A stretch of DNA of 64,000 bases from an uncultured Pseudomonadota bacterium. GTDB lineage: Bacteria > Babelota > Babeliae > Babelales > RVW-14. The notes beneath the pieces were generated by a model, which saw only the letters and a program-made list of their open reading frames with translations, ran no database searches and was not told the DNA's origin. Position numbers and translations under genes: made by a program. The DNA lies in assembly GCA_964354855.1 (NCBI GenBank), contig CAYHBO010000004.1, positions 213 through 64,212 on the forward strand, in the 5' to 3' direction. Within the stretch, counting starts at the first letter, position 1. Every line of letters starts with the position of its first letter. Shown here one piece after another: positions 26,517-34,643 of the stretch.

Positions 26517-27296
26517 ATGAAAAAAACGAGTTTATTTTTAATGGTAATGGGATTGCTAATATCTATAGAAGTAAAAGCCATGCAGTGGGTGCAGCGGTCG
26601 GCAGCGCATCTTTCAAACCACGGATCAAGAAACGCAGAAGATTTTAGCGGCAAGCAACTCCCCCAAATCATACAAACCACAAAATGCCCAGCATGTCTTC
26701 AAGAACGACTTGAAAAAGATTCATCTGATCTTGAAACTTATATAGATGGGTTTAATGCTCTCCACTGGGCAGTTATAAAAAAATACGCACCTTTTGTAAC
26801 TATACTTATAGAAGCAGGGGCAAACATACATGCAAAGACGCAGAATGAAAATCCTGAGTCAACACTTTGTGTAGCTATACGGCATAGACATGGAGAATGC
26901 GCAGATATTCTAATACGACAAGGAGCTCGTGTTAATGAAAAAGCTTTTACAGTAGCATCTCATGCTAAATTTAAACTTAAATCTCTTGTAAACGATATCC
27001 TTAAAGAAGAAATTATAATTAACTGTGAAGACGACCCTGATAAACTACAAGCCCAACAAACACCACCACTCACAGTTACTACAACCCAAGAAGAAATCGT
27101 CATGACAGATGGCATGCCTCCAGCACAAGAAAGAGTCGCGGCTCTTCTAGTAGCACAACGAAAACAAGCCCTACCAATTCCACCAGCAACAAGCTTCGAG
27201 GAAGATACCGATAATTGGTGGATCATTCATAGAGCGCCAAAAGACCCTGTAGCAGAGGCCCCAAGCTGTCAAATGCTTACAGAAGATGAAAAGTAA
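26517..27296 (+). CDS. Secreted CxxC-ankyrin repeat protein, paralog 4
   Basis: SD gggaga. Signal peptide MKKTSLFLMVMGLLISIEVKA|MQ. CPACL. GFNALHWAVIKKYAPFVTILIEAGANIHA. P/Q/T-rich tail. Confidence 0.75.
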   Translation: MKKTSLFLMVMGLLISIEVKAMQWVQRSAAHLSNHGSRNAEDFSGKQLPQIIQTTKCPACLQERLEKDSSDLETYIDGFNALHWAVIKKYAPFVTILIEAGANIHAKTQNENPESTLCVAIRHRHGECADILIRQGARVNEKAFTVASHAKFKLKSLVNDILKEEIIINCEDDPDKLQAQQTPPLTVTTTQEEIVMTDGMPPAQERVAALLVAQRKQALPIPPATSFEEDTDNWWIIHRAPKDPVAEAPSCQMLTEDEK

Positions 27297-27888
27297 CGGT
27301 ATGAAAATAGTTTTATTATTCCTACTCACCCTTTCAATAGCTTCAACTACACATGGCATGTTACTTATACCTCAACGATTAACCGAACAAAGCTTTGTAA
27401 CCACCGCAGTACATAAGTTACTTATAGGCAATACATACTGCTACACCCCAGAACAAGCAATAAAAAATCAATGTGAATCATGCTTTGTTACATGGGTAGA
27501 TTGGCTCATCCATGGCCCACAAAAAAATCTCTTAAATACAACTAACCAAGATGGCTACACCCCTCTTCATCTGGCAATCATGAAAGGGCTTGATACTTAT
27601 GTGTCACATCTACTTTTACAGGGAGCTTGCATCTTGGCTCCGGTTGGACAAGAACAACATTATCATAAAGGCTACACGCCCCTTCAGTTAGCAATCGTCT
27701 ACGGAAAAAAAGAATGTATCAAAGTCTTACTTCAAGATTTGCATTTCCATAACGTTGATCTAAGAGGCACCTGGGATTTTGCAAAAAATTATGGGATTGA
27801 AGTACAAAAAATCTATGAGCAAGCTGACCAGGAAATTGGACGAAAAAGATTGACCCCAGTAATGGGGGTAGTTGTAAATAAAGAATAG
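27286..27888 (+). CDS. Secreted CxxC-ankyrin repeat protein, paralog 5
   Basis: Alternative start at 27301 (MKIVLLFLLTLSIASTTHG|M). CESCF. DGYTPLHLAIMKGLDTYVSHLLLQGACI; GYTPLQLAIVYGKKECIKVLL. Confidence 0.8.
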   Translation: MKSNGMKIVLLFLLTLSIASTTHGMLLIPQRLTEQSFVTTAVHKLLIGNTYCYTPEQAIKNQCESCFVTWVDWLIHGPQKNLLNTTNQDGYTPLHLAIMKGLDTYVSHLLLQGACILAPVGQEQHYHKGYTPLQLAIVYGKKECIKVLLQDLHFHNVDLRGTWDFAKNYGIEVQKIYEQADQEIGRKRLTPVMGVVVNKE

Positions 27889-27924
27889 AAAAAAATGTAA
27901 CATTTTAAGCTGGGGGGCGTAAAA

Positions 27925-28449
27925 ATGAAAAATATTTTATTACTTCTACTCGTCATGGCCATTATACCAACAATATGCTGTATGAAACCAATAACAGTTC
28001 CTGTTCCGTTACAAGGCAGAACCTGGTTTCAGCAAAAATCATACCAAGCAACGCATTGGGCTTTGCATCCTGATCAGTACTGCGCCTCTGCTCTCACAGC
28101 CATAAAGCGTAACTGTGGATCCTGTTTCGAGGCTTGGGTAAATGCTACTCCTGATATTGCTGAAGGAGAAAAAAACCAACTTGATGAACTAGATACTGAT
28201 GGCTACACACTTATCCACCGTGTAATTTTATTAAACTATTCCGATGGGGTAAGACTTCTTATTACAAAAAGAGCTAGTATCGAAACACTCGTAGGAAAAA
28301 CGAATCAACAGTTTTCTGGATACTCGCCACTAAGGCTAGCAAGAACACTAAAAAAACAAGAGTGTATCGACGTCTTACTTGAAAATGGCGCAAAAGATGA
28401 GTGCCCAGAAAAACAGAGAAAACAATTAGAACAGATGGAACAAGAATAA
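27925..28449 (+). CDS. Secreted CxxC-ankyrin repeat protein, paralog 6
   Basis: Signal peptide MKNILLLLLVMAIIPTICC|M. CGSCF. DGYTLIHRVILLNYSDGVRLLITKRASI; GYSPLRLARTLKKQECIDVLLENGA. Confidence 0.75.
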   Translation: MKNILLLLLVMAIIPTICCMKPITVPVPLQGRTWFQQKSYQATHWALHPDQYCASALTAIKRNCGSCFEAWVNATPDIAEGEKNQLDELDTDGYTLIHRVILLNYSDGVRLLITKRASIETLVGKTNQQFSGYSPLRLARTLKKQECIDVLLENGAKDECPEKQRKQLEQMEQE

Positions 28450-28460
28450 TCGGCTTAAGT

Positions 28461-29381
28461 TTACTTCATTAAAACATAAGCACGAATCATTTCACGTAAC
28501 AATTCAGCAGAGTCTGATGGATGAAAAGATAATGGATTTTTTGACAGCCAGATTTCATGAGAGTATGACATAACAAGTCGATCTTCAAATCTATCCGCAT
28601 TAGCAAGAAGTTTAATGAAATTCTCTATAGTATTCTCATCTATAAAATCAAGAACGATCCCTGGACAAGAAAATTGTGGTTTTGAAATAAACAGTTCAAG
28701 TTGATTAAAAAAACAAGACCCACGAATCGTTTCTTCAAAAGACCTAAGACCCTTGGAGCTACGTGGAAATTCAATAGCAATATTTACACAATCACGCTTA
28801 GTCGATGCGCATAACGCATCAAGATATCTATGATAAGCTTGAGACGCTTCTTGAGAAGGAGCTTGCGATGCCTCACGAACTACAACCCCCTCACCATCAG
28901 GAAGATACCAAGACCCTGAAAATGCCATAAATCCATAATGAGTATCTTGAACATTATTTTTCTCATCAATAATTTTCATCGCTTCTACTACCCAGGCTGG
29001 AGATTGTCCTAATGAAAAAATATTATATAATTTATCTGGATATCGAACCTTAATAAAATTATTCGTTTTAATTGCCAAAGAAACCAATGTGCGCAAACCA
29101 GATGGCGTTAAGAGGGGATGTAATCTGTATTTACACGTTTCAGGATCATGCTTAGACGCAGTATAGTTAATTAGCTTACTTACTTTTATTCTCGGCCAAA
29201 ACCGTTTTATAACTTCCCATGCTTTGTGGTCATAAGCTTCAATTTCTTTAATTTTAAGCGTATCTCTAATCTCTTGGTCACTACTAACAGCTTCAACAGA
29301 AGGCTCTTGCATTCCTAAAGCATTATATTCCTGCATCAAAGAAAAAATAAAAAATAAATTTGTGAGTATCTTAAAATTCAT
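28461..29381 (-). CDS. Secreted hypothetical protein (306 aa)
   Basis: Long ORF with signal peptide MNFKILTNLFFIFSLMQEYNALG|MQEP. No recognisable domain. Confidence 0.55.
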   Translation of the reverse strand: MNFKILTNLFFIFSLMQEYNALGMQEPSVEAVSSDQEIRDTLKIKEIEAYDHKAWEVIKRFWPRIKVSKLINYTASKHDPETCKYRLHPLLTPSGLRTLVSLAIKTNNFIKVRYPDKLYNIFSLGQSPAWVVEAMKIIDEKNNVQDTHYGFMAFSGSWYLPDGEGVVVREASQAPSQEASQAYHRYLDALCASTKRDCVNIAIEFPRSSKGLRSFEETIRGSCFFNQLELFISKPQFSCPGIVLDFIDENTIENFIKLLANADRFEDRLVMSYSHEIWLSKNPLSFHPSDSAELLREMIRAYVLMK

Positions 29382-29410
29382 ATACGAACCTATTTTACCA
29401 AAGTTTATAA

Positions 29411-29884
29411 TTAATCATCACGAGAAGAGGGAACCTCTCCACCTTCAGCCTGCTCCAAAGCTAACCGCCGCTGTTTATTCAATCGATTATTTATAAAATT
29501 AATCCGCATAAACATTGGACACTCTTTTCTAGGAAAACGATTCTTAAGATCTTCATCAGAGAATTGACTAAGATCTTCGTTATTTCTTATGAGTTTGAAA
29601 CGCCTCAGTAATATAATTAAATCATTGCGATCAAGGGCATTAAATCGTTCTGCAGGAATTATACTTATTGGTGTAGTCGCAAAATCAATTGTGGAAACCC
29701 TTTCTTGCAGTTGTCGTTGTCTATGTGAGCGACGAAAACGTAATGGCATACCACTCGTCAATCGCAATGAAACCTCTCCATCAGGAGAGATTTCTTTAGG
29801 ACTTTCTTGCATAGCATATACTTCATTACTTCCCACAAGACCAAGAAGCCCTAGAACGAGCATATTACGTTTAATTATATTCAT
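29411..29884 (-). CDS. Secreted hypothetical protein, Arg-rich
   Basis: Preferred start at 29884 gives the signal peptide MNIIKRNMLVLGLLGLVGSNEVYA|MQESP. The track start at 29926 adds a second hydrophobic stretch with no RBS. No recognisable domain. Confidence 0.5.
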   Translation of the reverse strand: MNIIKRNMLVLGLLGLVGSNEVYAMQESPKEISPDGEVSLRLTSGMPLRFRRSHRQRQLQERVSTIDFATTPISIIPAERFNALDRNDLIILLRRFKLIRNNEDLSQFSDEDLKNRFPRKECPMFMRINFINNRLNKQRRLALEQAEGGEVPSSRDD

Positions 29885-30127
29885 AATAAAACCTACAATA
29901 ATAAATATGTTATACTTACTTAGCATAACAACAAAGTAATCCAGATTGCAATAATTAGTAATAACTTTTTATTATTTTTTTATTTTACGAAGTACTGTAT
30001 TTCAATAATTAAATAATTATGTAAATCACCATAAAAAAGCATCTATTCCAAATCCCTATGTTTCCGGTATAATACCGGTTCTTAGCCTTAAATGTATCTA
30101 TTTCTTGTTTTGTACCAAAGAGGGTGT

Positions 30128-31531
30128 ATGGCCACGTCACACGGACCGACTGCTATTGATCAGCAGGGTAATTTTTTTGACTTAGAAAATTTTGTTTATA
30201 AGTCTGAGCGCGGTTTGAATGAAGAAATCGTTCGTAACATCTCTGCTCAAAAAAGTGAACCTGCATGGATGCTAGCGTTACGCTTGCAAGCATTAACCGA
30301 GTTTACCAATCGACCGTTACCTAAATGGGGACCTGATCTTACCGCCCTCAACATCAATGACATCCACTACTACCTTAAACCAATCGCAAATCAAGGCCGC
30401 ACCTGGGATGATGTTCCAAAAGATATCAAAAACACCTTCGACCGTCTTGGCGTCCCTCAAGCTGAACGAGCCTACCTTGCCGGACTTGGTGCTCAGTACG
30501 AATCAGAGGTGGTATACCACAACTTAAAACAAGAATGGATCGATAAAGGCGTTGTCTTTCTAGATACCGATACCGGCCTTAAACAATACCCAGAAATCTT
30601 CCAAGAATATTTTGGCAGTGTTATCCCCTATGATGACAACAAATTTGCCGCCCTTAATACCGCTGTGTGGAGTGGTGGAAGTTTTATTTATATCCCTAAA
30701 GGCGTTGAAGTAACCATGCCATTACAGGCTTACTTTCGTATCAACGCTGAACGCATGGGACAATTTGAACGGACGCTTATCATCGCTGATGAAGGAGCTT
30801 TAGTAAACTATATTGAAGGCTGCACAGCTCCAACCTATGTCACCAGCTCATTGCACTCGGCTGTTGTAGAAATTATCGCAAAACCGGGCTCACGTGTACG
30901 GTACTACACCATACAGAACTGGTCTAAAAATGTTTATAACTTAGTTACCAAACGAGCATTTGCATACAAAGATTCCATCGTTGAATGGATCGACTGCAAC
31001 CTTGGCAGTGGCATCACCATGAAATATCCTGCAGTCATTCTTAAAGAAGAAGGCGCCAAAGCTGAAATCCTTTCCATTGCTATGGCCAGTGCTCCAAATC
31101 AAATTCAAGACTCAGGCGGAAAAGTAACCCATCTTGCATCAAATACCAGCTCACGCATTATTGCAAAATCGATCAGCAGTAAAGGTGGCCGTTCTAGCTA
31201 CCGTGGCATGGTAAAGGTTGTAAAAGGTGCAAAAAATTGTAAATCATTTGTTCAATGTGATGCTCTGTTACTCGATGAGTATTCACGCACCGACACTTAC
31301 CCATACATCGATATTAACGAATCAGAAGTAAACATCGGGCATGAAGCTTCAGTCAGTAAAATCGGCGAAGATCAGCTTTTTTATCTGACCAGTCGTGGCA
31401 TCAGTGAACTTGCAGCACGCAATTTGATCGTTAATGGTTTCATTGAACCGTTTGTAAAAACATTACCGATGGAATTCGCCGTAGAAATGAATCGTCTTAT
31501 TGAACTTGAAATGGAAGGAAGCGTTGGATGA
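30128..31531 (+). CDS. sufB: Fe-S cluster assembly scaffold protein SufB
   Basis: Start at 30128 after agaggg. Highly conserved SufB sequence (YESEVVYHNL, GSFIYIPKGV, IADEGALVNYIEGCTAP, HEASVSKIGEDQLFYLTSRGI). Confidence 0.93.
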   Translation: MATSHGPTAIDQQGNFFDLENFVYKSERGLNEEIVRNISAQKSEPAWMLALRLQALTEFTNRPLPKWGPDLTALNINDIHYYLKPIANQGRTWDDVPKDIKNTFDRLGVPQAERAYLAGLGAQYESEVVYHNLKQEWIDKGVVFLDTDTGLKQYPEIFQEYFGSVIPYDDNKFAALNTAVWSGGSFIYIPKGVEVTMPLQAYFRINAERMGQFERTLIIADEGALVNYIEGCTAPTYVTSSLHSAVVEIIAKPGSRVRYYTIQNWSKNVYNLVTKRAFAYKDSIVEWIDCNLGSGITMKYPAVILKEEGAKAEILSIAMASAPNQIQDSGGKVTHLASNTSSRIIAKSISSKGGRSSYRGMVKVVKGAKNCKSFVQCDALLLDEYSRTDTYPYIDINESEVNIGHEASVSKIGEDQLFYLTSRGISELAARNLIVNGFIEPFVKTLPMEFAVEMNRLIELEMEGSVG

Positions 31532-32265
31532 AGTGTGATTTCGTACTCGATAAAGCAACCACGGTCTCATCAGAGGTTTATTTAACCCAGCTTTTGGGTG
31601 ATTGCCATCTTGAACAAAAACCACATGAACAACTTTATCTACTCCTCACCATTAAAAAAGAAACAACCGTTAATGTCATTGATGATTTACATACCCATCT
31701 TTTTTTGAACACAAAAATCGAATTTCTCGTTGAGCAAGATGCACACTTAGCTTATGAAGTAAAAATGCTTGAAGGCGTTGATGTCATCTTTGGCAATAGC
31801 CAACCAACTTCCACTACAGACACAACCATCATAGCAAAAGAACTCATAGTTCGCCTGATGGGAACCAATGCTCATGCTAATCTTAAAGGCACCTGTTTCG
31901 GTCATGAAAAGAAAATTTTTAGATTTAAAACATTACAAGATCATAAAGCGCCGCATGCTACCAGTAACGTCATTATCAAAAGCGTTCTTGATGGAGAAGC
32001 CATCTTTTCGTGCCATAGCTTAATCAATGTTGCACAAGAGGCTCAAAGAACTTTTGCACAACAAGCCAATAAAAATATTTTATTGAGCGATCGAGCCAGA
32101 GCGGTTTCTATTCCTATGCTTGAAGTACTTGCAAATGATGTCACCTGTAAACACGGTGCCGCTATTAGCACCTTTGATGATGAACAAATGTTCTATCTTC
32201 AAAGCCGTGGGCTTCAACCTAAGGCGGCTAAGAAGATTTTAGTACAAGCGTTCTTGGAGTATTAG
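31528..32265 (+). CDS. sufD: SufD-like Fe-S assembly protein (short, 245 aa)
   Basis: 4-nt overlap with sufB. C-terminal SufD signature ANDVTCKHGAAISTFDDEQMFYLQSRGL. Confidence 0.75.
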   Translation: MKCDFVLDKATTVSSEVYLTQLLGDCHLEQKPHEQLYLLLTIKKETTVNVIDDLHTHLFLNTKIEFLVEQDAHLAYEVKMLEGVDVIFGNSQPTSTTDTTIIAKELIVRLMGTNAHANLKGTCFGHEKKIFRFKTLQDHKAPHATSNVIIKSVLDGEAIFSCHSLINVAQEAQRTFAQQANKNILLSDRARAVSIPMLEVLANDVTCKHGAAISTFDDEQMFYLQSRGLQPKAAKKILVQAFLEY

Positions 32266-32276
32266 ATCATAGCCAG

Positions 32277-32313
32277 ATCCTTCGAGACGCCCTCCGGGCT
32301 CCTCAGGACAAAC
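32277..32313. repeat. REP-like palindromic element (TTCGAGACG...CTCCTCA family), copy 2
   Basis: atccTTCGAGACGccctccgggCTCCTCAggacaaac, 12 nt after the sufD stop. Hairpin gagacgccc/gggctcctc. Confidence 0.6.
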
Positions 32314-32413
32314 AACGCCCTATCACCATCTCTTGACGGTCTGACAACCCATTATTATGATGATCATCAGCATACATTCTGTTTGTTGGTTTTAATGATA
32401 AAAAGGAAAAGAG

Positions 32414-33406
32414 ATGAAAAAATTATACACACTAATAACCTATGTAATCACGCTTCTGCTAGGAAGTTCTTGCTGTGCACTATCACTTAAAAGTACACAG
32501 GGATACAAAACTGATTCCCCACTATTTGCCAATGGTGACAGCATCTGTGGTTTTGTAAGCCTCAAAAAAGGATTTCAAGCAACAGGCGGCGACACCATCA
32601 CATTCGATACCGATGGCACCCTATCCGGCCCAGTAAAAGTTCACGGCGACGGTCCACTCACCATCTCTCTTGCAGGAGACTTACACCTTGGTTCAGGATT
32701 TAATCTACAAACCCCTCTTATTCTTCGTGGACACAAAACAGCTCTCGTACTTGGCGCAGCGTTACATTTACCAGCCAGCTATCCGTTAAATATTGACGGA
32801 GAAACAACCATTAATGGAATGGGTCATGAACTCTCTTCTGAAAAAGCAATTAAGATTAATGACCAAGCAAAGCTCACCCTACGCAACCTCACACTATCAA
32901 GCACCAATGATCATCTTTTTGATATGGAACCGACCGCACAAGGCGTTGAACTTAATACTGTTGTGCTTAATGTAAACGGCGTCCAAAGTTTAGTTAACGA
33001 TTTTGGAAATATCGTTATTCACAATAAAGTGACTATTCAAGGCTCGTCAGACGCTAAAATAATTTTACCTGCAAATGCAACGCTCACCATTATGCCTCAT
33101 GCTACCCTATGCATTGAAGGAGTAATATTATCATGCGAAAATACCTCCTCAGAAAATCAAATTCGTTTCATTGATGAAACATCAACCATTAATTTGAATC
33201 AAAGCTCATTTGAACTTCTTGGTAATGCCATTTTTACTAAAGGAAGAATTACCTGCAACAACGAAGTAATTTTAAATGTCACAGCAGAAAGAAGTCTCAT
33301 CTTTGGCGATGGAGAAAATAAAAAAAATAACTTTAATTTAATGTTGCTCGGCGGGACATCAGTCAAACTTGATGGCAGCGGCATCATTATTGATCGTTCA
33401 GTATAA
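32414..33406 (+). CDS. Secreted hypothetical protein, beta-helix-like repeats; first gene of the glycosylation island
   Basis: Signal peptide MKKLYTLITYVITLLLGSSCCA. Recurrent short beta-strand motifs (LTLRNLTLSS, VVLNVNG, VTIQGSS, LTIMPHATLCIEG). No catalytic motif recognised. Confidence 0.5.
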   Translation: MKKLYTLITYVITLLLGSSCCALSLKSTQGYKTDSPLFANGDSICGFVSLKKGFQATGGDTITFDTDGTLSGPVKVHGDGPLTISLAGDLHLGSGFNLQTPLILRGHKTALVLGAALHLPASYPLNIDGETTINGMGHELSSEKAIKINDQAKLTLRNLTLSSTNDHLFDMEPTAQGVELNTVVLNVNGVQSLVNDFGNIVIHNKVTIQGSSDAKIILPANATLTIMPHATLCIEGVILSCENTSSENQIRFIDETSTINLNQSSFELLGNAIFTKGRITCNNEVILNVTAERSLIFGDGENKKNNFNLMLLGGTSVKLDGSGIIIDRSV

Positions 33407-33431
33407 TTACTCAGGCAATAAAGGACTAATC

Positions 33432-34643
33432 ATGATCTTTTTAAAATACTATCGCATAGCAAGCGTAGCTTTCTTATTTTTTTTCCCCAACATAAACACA
33501 TTACCAATCACTGACAACAACCCCCCATCGATTCTGCATCTACACTTTAAATGTCCCGATCCAGGTGGCATTGAATCTCATTTAATTGGCCTCAATAAAA
33601 TTTTCAATGAAAAAGGCATCAAAAATATTGTTCTTACCAGTAAATATTCCACCTTTTTGATTGATGCACTCAACCAGCCAGCACAAGAAAATGGCAAGTC
33701 TTGCCGAACTTTTGATCATCCTTTATTCGATCCAATTAACACTGACATACAAGCAATCTATGAAAAAGATAATGTTGCCGTTATCGTCAGTAATTGGCCC
33801 GGAGGATTAAATTCAAGCGTCAATTTTGCAGAACACTTTCCCGTTAAACTTGTCTATATGCATCATAATTTTGTTCATGATTTTGATGATACTGAAATAG
33901 AGAACCTCAATAAAACAAATGGCATTCTTGCGGTATCTCCAATAGCTGCGGCTTATTTTAAAGAATTATCTAATTCCGAAAAAATCCAAGTCAAAAATAT
34001 AGAACATATGGCGCCATTTTGGGATGAAGACAAATATCTCACCTATCAACTAAAGTATACAAAAAAGGAATTTTTCAAGAACACATTCAATCTTGATATC
34101 ACTGATGATTATCCAATCATTTGTTCAGTTGCCAACCTCTACTGGTATAAAAATCATCAGGTGCTTATCAAAGCGTTAGGCTTATTACACCATAAAGATC
34201 AAACCAAATTTCATCTTATCCTTGCAGGTGATGGCCCAGAAAGAAAAAAACTTGAACAACTCACTGCAAGTCTAAAATTAACAAACTACGTTCATTTCAT
34301 TGGAAAAACATTAGAAGTCCCAGAACTTCTTTACCATGCAGACCTTCATGTATTGCCAAGCTCTCACGAAAGTTTTGGGCTTGTACATCTTGAAGCGGCA
34401 ACCATGAAAAAACCTTTCGTTGGCGCTACAAAAACCGGCGCAGAAGGATTTATTCAACAGGGCATCACCGGATTTATTTTTGAAAATAACAATGCACAAG
34501 ATCTCGCAGAAAAATTAAAGATATTACTTAATGACTCAACATTACGAAAAACCATGGGAGAAAAAGCGTTTACCTATGTACGTCAGCATTATGCAAATAA
34601 AGTTATCTTTGATAAGTGGGTAGACTTTTTAGGAAAAATTTAG
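33432..34643 (+). CDS. GT4-like (group 1) glycosyltransferase with N-terminal signal/anchor, paralog 1
   Basis: SD aaggac before ATG 33432. MIFLKYYRIASVAFLFFFPN. GT-B C-terminal signature LPSSHESFGLVHLEAATMKKPFVGATKTGAEGFIQQGITGFIF. Confidence 0.8.
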   Translation: MIFLKYYRIASVAFLFFFPNINTLPITDNNPPSILHLHFKCPDPGGIESHLIGLNKIFNEKGIKNIVLTSKYSTFLIDALNQPAQENGKSCRTFDHPLFDPINTDIQAIYEKDNVAVIVSNWPGGLNSSVNFAEHFPVKLVYMHHNFVHDFDDTEIENLNKTNGILAVSPIAAAYFKELSNSEKIQVKNIEHMAPFWDEDKYLTYQLKYTKKEFFKNTFNLDITDDYPIICSVANLYWYKNHQVLIKALGLLHHKDQTKFHLILAGDGPERKKLEQLTASLKLTNYVHFIGKTLEVPELLYHADLHVLPSSHESFGLVHLEAATMKKPFVGATKTGAEGFIQQGITGFIFENNNAQDLAEKLKILLNDSTLRKTMGEKAFTYVRQHYANKVIFDKWVDFLGKI

